A stretch of 64,000 bases of DNA from positions 1 through 64,000 of the forward strand of contig CAZJVP010000020.1 of the NCBI GenBank assembly GCA_964549615.1, written 5' to 3'. This DNA comes from an uncultured Thermococci archaeon. Its GTDB lineage: Archaea > CAYQAE01 > CAYVLA01. Shown here in pieces: positions 30,391-39,813 of the stretch; the first letter of the stretch is position 1; each line of letters starts with the position of its first letter. Made by a program: the position numbers and the translations under genes. The notes under the pieces are model-generated. The model was not told the DNA's origin. It ran no database searches and saw only the letters and a list, made by a program, of their open reading frames with translations.

Positions 30391-31038
30391 CTACAGGGCC
30401 TTGACCGGCTTGCCCATCGTCGTCTTGACGATTATCGAGCCGATGTTTTGTTCCCCGCGGGGCAGGGTTGATTCGACTGACTCCACCACCGCGGCAAAGT
30501 TCGCGGCGAGATCCCTATCGCTCATCGCTTCCGTTCCTATCACGGCGTTTATGATCGGCTGTTCCCTCTGGGTTCGAACCGTCACGGTCTTCGTGAGACG
30601 AGCAACGACCGCTGCCACGTCCGCGTTCGGCGGAATGGGCTTCGGCATCTTGCCTCGTGGACCGAGCACGCCGCCGAGCGTCTTGCCAACCAGCGGCATC
30701 ATGTCCGCCTGGGCGACGAAGAAATCGTACTTCCGAGCCAGTTCCTTGGCCCTCTTCTTATCGCTGCCTATCGTCGCGATGTCCTCCCTAGTCAACACGT
30801 CTACGCCCGTCTCTTTGGCCCTTAGGGCGAGGTCGCCGGCAGCAATCACGCAGATCTTGACGGGTCGTCCCCTGCCACTGGGAAGAACAACATCGCCGCC
30901 GATCTTCTTGCCCTGCTCCTTGAGGTCAACATCCTTCAAGGTTAAGATGAGATCCACGGTCTGCTGAAAGTTCCTCCCCTTGCCCTTCTCCTTGGCCTCC
31001 CTGATGATTCTCTCCGCAGCCTCGACCTCGAATGGCAT
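30391..31038 (-). CDS. rpl1: 50S ribosomal protein L1
   Basis: RNFQQTVDL, LGPRGKMP, KTTMG; start ATG 31038. Confidence 0.97.
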   Translation of the reverse strand: MPFEVEAAERIIREAKEKGKGRNFQQTVDLILTLKDVDLKEQGKKIGGDVVLPSGRGRPVKICVIAAGDLALRAKETGVDVLTREDIATIGSDKKRAKELARKYDFFVAQADMMPLVGKTLGGVLGPRGKMPKPIPPNADVAAVVARLTKTVTVRTQREQPIINAVIGTEAMSDRDLAANFAAVVESVESTLPRGEQNIGSIIVKTTMGKPVKAL

Positions 31039-31042
31039 CCGA

Positions 31043-31531
31043 TCACCACTGCTCCGACATGAGGTCCTTGTAAAGGCCCTGCTCGATCTCCTTCTGGACA
31101 TCCTTCGGGTGCTTGCCCTCGACCGTGACTCCCATGCTCATGCAGGTTCCCAGCACCTCCCTGACCGCCGCCGCGACGTCGTAGGAGAGCATGGAGCCCT
31201 TCTTCATCCGAGCGATCTTGACCACCTCGGACAGGGGCAGGTTCCCTATCCCTTCGACCCCGGGTCTTGCCGAGCCCTTCTCAGCCGAGAGGGTCTTCTT
31301 GATCAGCGCGCTGACTGAAGGCGCACCGACCTCGATCTCAAATTCCCTCGTCTCCGGATCAGCGATGATCTTGACCGGGACCGACATCCCAGAGTAGTCG
31401 GCGGTCTTTCTGTTTATCTCCGCCACGACTTGCATCAGGTTAAGCCCAAGCGGGCCCAGCGCGGGCCCAAGCGGGGGACCCGGAGTGGCCTTGCCGCCCG
31501 GCACTAGAACTTGCACGGTCTTCTTTGGCAT
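31043..31531 (-). CDS. rpl11: 50S ribosomal protein L11
   Basis: GGKATPGPPLGPALG, GTC.SMG. Confidence 0.97.
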   Translation of the reverse strand: MPKKTVQVLVPGGKATPGPPLGPALGPLGLNLMQVVAEINRKTADYSGMSVPVKIIADPETREFEIEVGAPSVSALIKKTLSAEKGSARPGVEGIGNLPLSEVVKIARMKKGSMLSYDVAAAVREVLGTCMSMGVTVEGKHPKDVQKEIEQGLYKDLMSEQW

Positions 31532-31545
31532 GATCGTTCGCCAGC

Positions 31546-32022
31546 CTAGGTTTCCTCTTCCTCGCGTTCCTCCTTTTCTATGATCCGCACCGAGCTGCCC
31601 GGGACGGTAACCGGAATGGGTACAGACGCCTCGAGCAGCTCAAGAGTAGCCTCCTCCTTGTGCTCATCCACCCTTATGACCTTCGCCTTCTCACCCTTGA
31701 AGGGGCCGGAGACGAGCTCAACTATGTCACCCACGTTGAGGTCGACGACAGCGCCCCTAGGCACAAGGAGGTGCTCGATTTCCGCCATGTCCACGACGCC
31801 GTCCAGAACTCCTCGTATGTGTGGAACCCCCCTGCAGATCTTCTCAACGTTCTCCACGTTCGAGGACTCCGCCAGTATGTACCCTTTCAGAGCGTCGGAA
31901 ACCATTATGGAGTAGACCTCGCTCCCCTCGACCGAGGCCTTAGCCTCCAATATCCTAAGGGAGGTCTTCTCCTGCCCCACCGTCGTCCTAATCGCGAATA
32001 GCTTCATCTCGCATCCCGACAA
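31546..32022 (-). CDS. spt5: Transcription elongation factor Spt5 (NusG)
   Basis: AIRTTVGQE, LKGYI, KOW GDIVEL.SGPFKGE; start TTG 32022 or ATG 32007. Confidence 0.96.
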   Translation of the reverse strand: MSGCEMKLFAIRTTVGQEKTSLRILEAKASVEGSEVYSIMVSDALKGYILAESSNVENVEKICRGVPHIRGVLDGVVDMAEIEHLLVPRGAVVDLNVGDIVELVSGPFKGEKAKVIRVDEHKEEATLELLEASVPIPVTVPGSSVRIIEKEEREEEET

Positions 32023-32026
32023 CCCG

Positions 32027-32197
32027 CTAACCCGCTCTCCAGGACTGGGTCACCAACCAGATCAAGAAACCGACTAATCCGATCAGGAAGATGCCCAACC
32101 CGGTTATCTTCGCAGTCTGCCTGAACTCCTTCGCAGACGGCTTCCTAGATACTAGGAACACCCTCTTGCATTGCGAAAGGAACTTCTTTATATCCAT
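32027..32197 (-). CDS. secE: Protein translocase subunit SecE/Sec61 gamma
   Basis: RV..VSRKP...EF..TAKITGLGI..IG.VGF. Confidence 0.93.
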   Translation of the reverse strand: MDIKKFLSQCKRVFLVSRKPSAKEFRQTAKITGLGIFLIGLVGFLIWLVTQSWRAG

Positions 32198-32234
32198 CAA
32201 TAGGACCTTGCGTGCGCTGGCCTGGCAAACGCTC

Positions 32235-32246
32235 ATAATAAATATT
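32235..32246 (-). promoter_or_regulatory. TATA box upstream of the secE-spt5-ribosomal protein operon
   Basis: AT-rich AATATTTATTAT about 40 nt upstream of the secE ATG. Confidence 0.5.
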
Positions 32247-32392
32247 ACTTCACGGACGGACGGCGGCTGCTGCTCACGTTGCACCCTGACCTCGTTCGGG
32301 TAAGCCGTGGCCCGTCACAGCCGTAGGTCGGCCGAGCCCGGGTTACATCTCAGACGTCCCGACGTACGTGCCGACCACACACCGCTAGCGAG

Positions 32393-32414
32393 CCGAATAA
32401 GGCCCGAATAAGGC
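32393..32414. repeat. Tandem 11-bp duplication CCGAATAAGGC x2
   Basis: Directly visible in the ftsZ-secE spacer. Confidence 0.8.
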
Positions 32415-32444
32415 CTGCTGTGCGCCGCGGGCAGTTCCAACTCC

Positions 32445-33590
32445 CTACAGGGATGAGATGCCGAGGTCCTCGAGCCTGAGCTTCCCTATCTCCTTGCTCG
32501 GCTCGGCCTCGAGCAGCTGCGCAGCTGGCTTCTCAGCGGCCTTCCCAACGATGTAGGGGGAACTGACGCCGGAGATGATCACGAGAACCCTCATGGTATT
32601 CTTGATCTCCTCGTCTATCTGGGCCCCCCAGATGATCTGAGCATCTGCGCTCAGCTTCGAGGAGACCATCTCGACGACCTTCTCCACCTCCTGCAGCTCG
32701 ACGTCCGGCCCAGCAACGATGTTGATCAGCGCACCGGTCGCACCGCCGATGTCCACATCCAGCAGTGGGCTTTGCAGCGCGTCCTCAGCTGCCTCGATCG
32801 CCCTGTTGTCGGTATCGCTCTCCCCAAGCCCGATCATGGCGACGCCGCCGCCCCTCATGACCGTCCTGACGTCGGCGAAGTCAAGGTTGACCAACCCAGG
32901 CTTGTTGATGAGCTCCGTTATGCCCATCACTGCGCCCATCAGCGTCTCGTCTGAGACCTTGAACGCGGCGTTTATCGGGAGGCCGGGCGCCAACTCAAGA
33001 AGCTTGTCGTTGGGAATGACTATGACGGTATCCGAGGCCTCCTTCAGTTTCTCCAAGCCCATCCGGGCGTTCTGCATCCTGACCTGGCCCTCAACGGTGA
33101 AGGGCAGGGTCACGACCGCAACCGTCAGGGCGCCTGCCTTCTTCGCAAGGTCGGCACAGACCGGAGCGGCGCCGGTGCCAGTGCCTCCGCCAAGGCCGCA
33201 CGTCACGAAGACGAGATCCGCGTCCGAAACGACGTCCTTGATCTCGCTTTCGCTTTCCCTCGCGGCCTCCTCACCGACCGTGGGATCGTTGCCGGCTCCA
33301 AGCCCGCCAGTGACGCCGCGGCCAAGCAACACCTTCTTGTGGGCCTGGGTGTAAAGAAGGTCCTGCGCATCCGTGTTCAGCGCCACGACCGTACACCCGG
33401 TAACGCCCACCTCCATGAGGCGTTGAACCGTATTCGAGCCAGCCCCACCGACGCCCAGGACGGCGATCTTAGCCCTAGCCTCCTTGAGTATCTCCTCAAG
33501 CTCCTCATCGATCATCTTCTCGATGCTGGCTTGGGTAGACGATTTCTCCTCCTTCTTCAACTTGTCTAAGACGTCTTCGACAGTGCTCAA
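32445..33590 (-). CDS. ftsZ: Cell division protein FtsZ
   Basis: [28 protein letters not shown]. Confidence 0.98.
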   Translation of the reverse strand: MSTVEDVLDKLKKEEKSSTQASIEKMIDEELEEILKEARAKIAVLGVGGAGSNTVQRLMEVGVTGCTVVALNTDAQDLLYTQAHKKVLLGRGVTGGLGAGNDPTVGEEAARESESEIKDVVSDADLVFVTCGLGGGTGTGAAPVCADLAKKAGALTVAVVTLPFTVEGQVRMQNARMGLEKLKEASDTVIVIPNDKLLELAPGLPINAAFKVSDETLMGAVMGITELINKPGLVNLDFADVRTVMRGGGVAMIGLGESDTDNRAIEAAEDALQSPLLDVDIGGATGALINIVAGPDVELQEVEKVVEMVSSKLSADAQIIWGAQIDEEIKNTMRVLVIISGVSSPYIVGKAAEKPAAQLLEAEPSKEIGKLRLEDLGISSL

Positions 33591-33656
33591 GTGGACGACC
33601 TCCGAGAGCTATGACCTACAGCGGTCGACTTTGGCTCCACCCCCGTTTTTTCTTTC

Positions 33657-33668
33657 CATTAATATATG
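33657..33668 (-). promoter_or_regulatory. TATA box upstream of ftsZ
   Basis: ATATATTAAT on the minus strand upstream of the TTG start. Confidence 0.45.
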
Positions 33669-33731
33669 TGACGCCGCCGGAAACCGAAACGCCGGGAGGA
33701 CCCGGAATGACGCGGCCGCGCCAGGCAACGG

Positions 33732-34574
33732 CTACCGGCTGGCTGGCACCCTTCCGCGCAGACAGTCCCTGAGCCTGAAATGCTTCAGCCCGACCCTGCC
33801 CATGCTAGCCACCAGCCGCCTCCTTTCCTCACCTCCGATGCCTTTCCAGTCCAACACCGCGAAGCCGGGCCTCGGCACGCTCCTTTCAAGCAGCATCCCC
33901 AGCATGACGTCATCCACCTCCCCAATTTGGTGCTTCGGCACCAGGTGCGACACTGAGACCCGAGTCTCGGTGACAAGCTGCGTGAAACCCGAGGAGTAGT
34001 GAGGTCCACCGAAGGCGACCGCAACGGGCGCATCATCCCGCGCCACGATGGGCTCGTTGATGACGCGCGATATCGCCATGGCCAACACCTCCCCGGCTGC
34101 GTGATCGCGCCAGCGCGACGAGTCGCTGCCGATCTCGATGAAGAAGCTGGGAACATCCGTTAGCGGGCCGTGGTGGGTTGCCTCGAGGGTCACCCCGAAG
34201 CTCGGATCTGCATTCAGCGCCTTCAATGCGCGGAGCGCCTGTTGCATCTCGAGCGGGGATGCCATCGAAAGACGGCGAGCCTGCCCACCGTGAAACATGT
34301 CACCGACGTTCCCGGGAGGATGAACGGTGAGACAGGGCTGCCCGGATTCACTCTCATGGCGCGACGCAAAGATGACAAGATCTGGCCTCGGGGATAGGGT
34401 TTCCGGGAATCCGTCGAGGGAAACCAGCTCACCATCCAAGAGAAGGAGCCTCGCATTCGTTGCAGAGTCGTCCTGCCGGGGGGAACGAGGCGTTACCTTG
34501 GGCAATAGGCAAGAGGCTATGTTGGTACCGGCTGGATCATCCTTTGACGCCAAGACGACGATGGATCTCGCCAA
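33732..34574 (-). CDS. dtdA: Archaeal D-aminoacyl-tRNA deacylase (DTD2)
   Basis: S..DPAG.NI, SRH.S, LTVH..GN, EATHHGP, F.EIGS, GG.HY; TTG start at 34574. Confidence 0.93.
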   Translation of the reverse strand: MARSIVVLASKDDPAGTNIASCLLPKVTPRSPRQDDSATNARLLLLDGELVSLDGFPETLSPRPDLVIFASRHESESGQPCLTVHPPGNVGDMFHGGQARRLSMASPLEMQQALRALKALNADPSFGVTLEATHHGPLTDVPSFFIEIGSDSSRWRDHAAGEVLAMAISRVINEPIVARDDAPVAVAFGGPHYSSGFTQLVTETRVSVSHLVPKHQIGEVDDVMLGMLLERSVPRPGFAVLDWKGIGGEERRRLVASMGRVGLKHFRLRDCLRGRVPASR

Positions 34575-34704
34575 CTTTCCAAACCCCAGATGCGCCCACG
34601 AACGGCGGGGCGATGGTTCGGTTTCTTCCCGTGCCCCGCGCTTCATTTTAATAGTGTGCAGGGAAGTTAGAAAGCCACCACCCGTCATCCGGACATGATC
34701 GGCC

Positions 34705-36294
34705 TTGAGGCTTCCCTTTCCGAGAAAAATCAGAAAGCCATCCGTGCTGCTGCTCCTCGGACTGCTCGTAGGTTTCCATCCAGTGTTGCGTCACGGTCTT
34801 CCCCGGAGCTCCGAAGCGTGGTCACACCTAGAGAACCTGCGAAGGATACCCAGCGGATGGGACGCCTTGAAGTTCGGCAAGATGCTCGAACTCTTCGAGA
34901 ATCGCCAACACTACACGAAGTACCCATTGTTCTACGTCATGGGTAAGCTTCTTCGCATCGACTCCCCCTTCAAAGCCGCAGCGTTCTCCGCCGCGGTGTT
35001 CGCACTCCTTCCGCTCCTCATGTTCTTCCTTGCCGGGTCGGTCCTACAAGAACAGGAGGCGTTCGCCGCCGGTCTCGCAGTTGCAGTGACGTCCGCCTTC
35101 GTGTACACGATGAATTTCTTCTCGGGGGGTGAGCCGCTTGCCGTCGCCCTACTGCTGGCGGGCCTAGTCCTGCACCTAAGACGCGGGCCCATCTTCAGCC
35201 TTCCGATCTATGCGGCGATAGTCTTCCTTCATCCTTTCACATCACTCTTCCTTTGGGCCCTGCTGCTTGTGATGCCGTTCTTTCTCAAGCCCGATTCCAA
35301 AAGACGCTTGATCGAGCAGTGCATCTGCACCGGGATATTCTCATCGACCTTCCTTGGGTGGATCGTGTTACAAATCTCACGTGGCCTTCCGCTTGGCGAT
35401 TACATCCTTTCCAGCCTCAAGGAATGGGTGCTCCTGACGGCATTCGTCTGCCTGACCGGAGGGAGCCTAGCTGTCCAAGCTATGGGGGTGAGATTCGATC
35501 AGGTCGGCCGCCTGTTTGACTTCGTTTCCTGCATGATGCGTCTGCACCTGAGGACATTGATCTTGGTCCTTGAACTTGGGTTTCTTGGCCTCTTTGTCTG
35601 CAGCGGCGTCCCCGGCACCGAACAGGTCGTGCAGCCCGCCACGGCCCTTTTCTACCTTCCCTTGCTTGCAGCGATCGGGATGGTCTTGCTGCGGAGGCGC
35701 GAGGTTGAGCCATTCAGCGTCACCTTTGTCGCATCCGGGATAGGCCTGTTCATGGCCGGCACGTTGATCGTACCCAGGGCAATACCTGCATACAGGCTGG
35801 CCCCGTATGGAGCCATGGGACTGTCTCTTCTCCTTGGGCCATGCGTCGCGCACCCCAAAGGTAGGCTGGTTCTTCCCATGGTCCTAGCGGCGCTTGCAGC
35901 AACGACATATCCGGGGCCTTCGTTCTACTTCGGTTTTGACGAGCAGTACTACCCCGCCGAGATGGCAGCGGTTTCCAGGATTCCGGATCTCACGGCGAAG
36001 GCATGTGTGCTGTCCGATGTGAGGGTGGAGGATCTGTTAAGGTACGAAACAGGGCTTTCGGCCAAGACGGCAGCCGGCGAGCTCTTGGAAGTCGACATTG
36101 GCTGCGTCGTGCTGTTGAATAACCAGATGCGCAAGCATGGATTCTACCCGCCCGGCCATGAGTGGTTTAGGCGCCCGTTCAAGCTGGATGTCATGGGGCT
36201 TGAGAAGGGGTCGACGACCATCTACGACAACGGCTGGGCGCAGATCCTCGTCGTCACCGAGAACGGGGTGAGCCTGGGGTTGGTTTCACGTTGA
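34705..36294 (+). CDS. Polytopic membrane protein, GT-C-like topology
   Basis: More than 10 TM helices, 'E.W.H...YPLF' first loop, soluble C-terminal domain ending IYDNG; overlaps the GT2 gene. Confidence 0.65.
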   Translation: MRLPFPRKIRKPSVLLLLGLLVGFHPVLRHGLPRSSEAWSHLENLRRIPSGWDALKFGKMLELFENRQHYTKYPLFYVMGKLLRIDSPFKAAAFSAAVFALLPLLMFFLAGSVLQEQEAFAAGLAVAVTSAFVYTMNFFSGGEPLAVALLLAGLVLHLRRGPIFSLPIYAAIVFLHPFTSLFLWALLLVMPFFLKPDSKRRLIEQCICTGIFSSTFLGWIVLQISRGLPLGDYILSSLKEWVLLTAFVCLTGGSLAVQAMGVRFDQVGRLFDFVSCMMRLHLRTLILVLELGFLGLFVCSGVPGTEQVVQPATALFYLPLLAAIGMVLLRRREVEPFSVTFVASGIGLFMAGTLIVPRAIPAYRLAPYGAMGLSLLLGPCVAHPKGRLVLPMVLAALAATTYPGPSFYFGFDEQYYPAEMAAVSRIPDLTAKACVLSDVRVEDLLRYETGLSAKTAAGELLEVDIGCVVLLNNQMRKHGFYPPGHEWFRRPFKLDVMGLEKGSTTIYDNGWAQILVVTENGVSLGLVSR

Positions 36295-37358
36295 TAATCC
36301 AAATCGTGTCTTGCGCCATGAGCTTAGCCGTCCTCGTTCTGCATGCCATCGTATCGGCCCTGGCGGCCGGCAAGACCAAATCTTCAGCCCCGGCTTCTGG
36401 CGAGATCAACGTCATCGTGCCTACCTACAACGAGGGTGAGACCATAGGCGAGTGCCTCGGATCGCTCGGTCGGATGGATCCGACGAACCCGCCACACTCA
36501 ACATACGTCGTGGACGACAGTTCCTCCGACGGAACGCAGCAGATAGCGTCAACCTACCCCGGAGTGTCCTTGGTGAAAAGGCCGAAGCGAACGTCCAAGG
36601 CCGACGCGCTGAACTTTGCCGTCCGCAACATCAGGGGGGACATCTTCGCGATCGTCGATGGCGATTGCGTGGTCGCTCCGGATTGGTTGGGCCGACTGGT
36701 CTCGCCACTATCTGACGATTCCGTGGGGATATCAACCGGTTCGGTCCTCGTGCTGAATCGGAATGACTCCCTGCTAACCCGGATGCAAAGCTGCGAGATG
36801 GCTCTCCTGTGTCATGAACTCCTCAGGCCCGTCGAGAGGGTGGGAATGCTGTACTCCATCAACGGAAACAACTTCGCCTTCACCAGAAGGTGCTGGGAGA
36901 AGGTGGGAGGCTTCGATCCTTCCAAGCTGACTGAGGATACCGATTTTGCCATCAGGACAAGGGCGGCCGGCCTTCACGTCAGGTCCGCAGACTGCAGGGT
37001 GTTCACCCATGTTCCCTCGAGGTTCCGCGAGCTGCTTCGGCAGCGCAGAAGGTGGTACGTGGGCTGGTATCAGAAGCTCTCAAGCACAAACCTCCTGATC
37101 GGTGCACTGTTCATACTTCTCTTCTACTACGCGTTCTTCTTCTTCGTGGCCTGCTTCTCGCCGATCTCGCTCGCGTTCTTCCTGGCATATTACCTTGAAC
37201 TGGGCGCGACGTATCGGAGGGCCTACGGGCGAATCAGCCTTCTTGATCCTCTCGTGTTCATCGTTCTAACGCCTTTCGTTACGACCGCCGTCATAGCGGC
37301 CGCGATCCCCCTTGCTTTGAGGGGCAAGGATCGTCTCATGGTGCAGCAACACTGGTGA
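36291..37358 (+). CDS. GT2 glycosyltransferase (processive-type motifs)
   Basis: IVPTYNE, VDD.S.D, KA.ALN, DGD, TED, QR.RW, C-terminal TMs. Confidence 0.92.
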   Translation: MIIQIVSCAMSLAVLVLHAIVSALAAGKTKSSAPASGEINVIVPTYNEGETIGECLGSLGRMDPTNPPHSTYVVDDSSSDGTQQIASTYPGVSLVKRPKRTSKADALNFAVRNIRGDIFAIVDGDCVVAPDWLGRLVSPLSDDSVGISTGSVLVLNRNDSLLTRMQSCEMALLCHELLRPVERVGMLYSINGNNFAFTRRCWEKVGGFDPSKLTEDTDFAIRTRAAGLHVRSADCRVFTHVPSRFRELLRQRRRWYVGWYQKLSSTNLLIGALFILLFYYAFFFFVACFSPISLAFFLAYYLELGATYRRAYGRISLLDPLVFIVLTPFVTTAVIAAAIPLALRGKDRLMVQQHW

Positions 37359-37501
37359 CCGCGCCCCGTTCCTTGGCTCGCTGAATCAGCCTGACCGCCG
37401 CCCCCGCCCCCCACGGGGTTACATATTTAATTCTGGATCAACGATCCTAGTCGAGAGGTCGCGGACCTCGCTTATCCCCTTTCCCGACCAGGTCGATTTG
37501 C

Positions 37502-38056
37502 ATGGAGTACCTTCGAATACCTCTAGACCGAGTGGGCGTTCTGGTGGGCAAGGAAGGATCCTTCAAGAAATTTCTTGAGCAAGCCACGGGAACGAGGGTC
37601 GATCTCAACAGTGCGACCGGCGAGGTCACGATCACCAAGGTCAAGGATACGGGAGATCCCCTTTCCGTGTGGGTGGCGCGCGACATCGTCAGAGCCATAG
37701 GAAGGGGCTTTTCTCCAGAGAAGGCATGCCGGCTTCTCGATGAGGGTCAGACGCTCAAGATAATCGACCTGGGATCCGAACTTGGAAAGTCCGACAGGGT
37801 CCTTCAAAGGCAGAGATCCAGGCTGATAGGCAAGGGGGGCAGGACGAGAGAGATAATGGAGCAAACGACGCGATGCGACATTTCCATCATGGGCAGGACC
37901 GTTTCCATCATAGGCGACGATGAGCAGGTCGCCGCGGCCCAAGAGGCAGTCGAGATGATCATCAGGGGTGTTCCACACAGCATCGTCTACCGTTTCTTGG
38001 AAAGAAAGAGCAACGAACTGAAACAGAGAGAAAAGGAGATCTGGCGGAAGGCCTAG
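37502..38056 (+). CDS. KH-domain rRNA-processing protein (Dim2/Pno1)
   Basis: IP.DRVGVLVGK.G, AIGRGF, R.IGKGG.TR, G..H..VY. Confidence 0.92.
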   Translation: MEYLRIPLDRVGVLVGKEGSFKKFLEQATGTRVDLNSATGEVTITKVKDTGDPLSVWVARDIVRAIGRGFSPEKACRLLDEGQTLKIIDLGSELGKSDRVLQRQRSRLIGKGGRTREIMEQTTRCDISIMGRTVSIIGDDEQVAAAQEAVEMIIRGVPHSIVYRFLERKSNELKQREKEIWRKA

Positions 38057-38070
38057 GATGGTGCGCGTGC

Positions 38071-39804
38071 GTGGCCTCCTCTGGAGAACTGCACAAACAA
38101 GGCGGCGAAGCCCAAGGCGCCTCGACCGCGGATGAGATCTTCAAGGACTTCAAGTCGCTAAGCCTCTCGGAATTCTTCCGAAAAAACCCGGCGATGCTTG
38201 GCCTGACGGGGAAGATGAAGTCCCTGTCCATGATAGTCCACGAGGCCGTCACCAACTCGCTTGACGCGGCAGAGGAAGCCGGCTCCCTCCCGGACGTGTA
38301 CGTAGTCATCGAGAAGTTGGACGGTGACTACCACTACAGGGTTGCCGTGGAGGATAATGGACCGGGCATTCCCGAGCAATTCATCCCGGACGTCTTCGGC
38401 AAGATGCTGGCGGGCACGAAGCACCGGTACGTTCAGAGGCGGGGCCAGCAGGGCATCGGCATCTCGGGGGCTACCATGTTCGCCCAGATAACCTCGGGGA
38501 ATCCGATCCGCGTCTACACGAGCACGGGGAAGAAGATAGTCGGTGCAGAGCTGAAGATAGACGTCAAGCGAAACGAGGGCAGGATTTTGAGCAAGACCGA
38601 GATCCCGACGGATGACTTCCGGGGAACGCGCGTGGAGCTTGAGGTTAAGGGGGTCCTCTACACGAAGGCCAAGCAAAGCCCTCTCGGATACATGAGGATG
38701 ACCGCGATTGCGAACCCTCACGCGAACATCACGATGCTTTCGCCCGACGGCGAGTTCTTCCGGTGGCAGAGGAGCACGAATGAGCTTCCAAGACGTCCCC
38801 AGGAGATCAAGCCCCATCCGTATGGAATCACGCCGGACGATCTGCTCAACCTCGCCCGAGGATCGGAAAACCGAAACGTCTCGGGGATGCTTGCGCAAGG
38901 CCTGTGCCGCGTGTCCTCTTCCAAGATTGGGGAGATCCGACTCGGAATGGCGTTCCGAGAGCTGCTCAAGCGCTACCAGGAGTACGTCACCGACGAAGTG
39001 AGAAACTCCATTGCGGAGGCCAAGAACATCGAGGACAAGGTGACGTGCTTCGGCAAGGTGCTCTCACGGCACAGGGCCAAGTGGGAGCACGTCCTCCGGG
39101 AGGAGGTGAAGAACGCAGACCGCATCCTGAGAAAGCGAGCGGCTCAGCTCAAGTTCGAGGAGGCCGAGGCAATCGTTGAGTCGTTCAAGCACGTAAGATT
39201 CCTAGCTCCGCCCACAAACGCCCTCTCCCCAATAGGCATGGAGAACATAATGAAAGGACTCAACGAGATCCTCAAGCCCGAGTTCGTCTATGCCTGCACG
39301 CGAGACCCGGCGACCTACAGAGGCGGCATCCCCTTCATAGTCGAAGTCGGGATCGCGTACGGGGGTTATTGCCCCCCTGGGATCGACGTCATCAGGTTCG
39401 CCAACAGAGCTCCCTTGATGTTCGACTCCGGAGGGTGCGTCATAACGGAGGCGGCAAAGAGCATAGACTGGAAGCGCTATGGGGTCTACGACATCGACAC
39501 CGCGCCGCTCACCGTATTCGTCAACCTCGTCTCGACCTTCGTGCCCTACACATCCACCGGAAAGCAGACCATAGCGGCGGAGGAGGAGATCCTTAGCGAG
39601 ATCAGGATGGGACTCATGGACGCCGCTAGGAACCTGAAAAGGCACCTCACCCACAAGAGGAGGATCTACGAAAGGGCATCGCGGAGGAGCTCGCTCCTCA
39701 AGTACGTGGATGAGACGGCGGCCGCAATAGCCAAGCTCTCAAAGAAAGACCAGTCGGAGATAAAGAAGAAGCTGGAGATGCTCATAGACAAGAAGTTCGT
39801 CTGA
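38071..39804 (+). CDS. top6B: DNA topoisomerase VI subunit B
   Basis: SEFFRKN, E..TNSLDA, EDNGPGI, RGQQGIG, PHP.G, RFANR.PL, VPY.STGK. Confidence 0.96.
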   Translation: MASSGELHKQGGEAQGASTADEIFKDFKSLSLSEFFRKNPAMLGLTGKMKSLSMIVHEAVTNSLDAAEEAGSLPDVYVVIEKLDGDYHYRVAVEDNGPGIPEQFIPDVFGKMLAGTKHRYVQRRGQQGIGISGATMFAQITSGNPIRVYTSTGKKIVGAELKIDVKRNEGRILSKTEIPTDDFRGTRVELEVKGVLYTKAKQSPLGYMRMTAIANPHANITMLSPDGEFFRWQRSTNELPRRPQEIKPHPYGITPDDLLNLARGSENRNVSGMLAQGLCRVSSSKIGEIRLGMAFRELLKRYQEYVTDEVRNSIAEAKNIEDKVTCFGKVLSRHRAKWEHVLREEVKNADRILRKRAAQLKFEEAEAIVESFKHVRFLAPPTNALSPIGMENIMKGLNEILKPEFVYACTRDPATYRGGIPFIVEVGIAYGGYCPPGIDVIRFANRAPLMFDSGGCVITEAAKSIDWKRYGVYDIDTAPLTVFVNLVSTFVPYTSTGKQTIAAEEEILSEIRMGLMDAARNLKRHLTHKRRIYERASRRSSLLKYVDETAAAIAKLSKKDQSEIKKKLEMLIDKKFV

Positions 39805-39813
39805 GCCGGTCCA

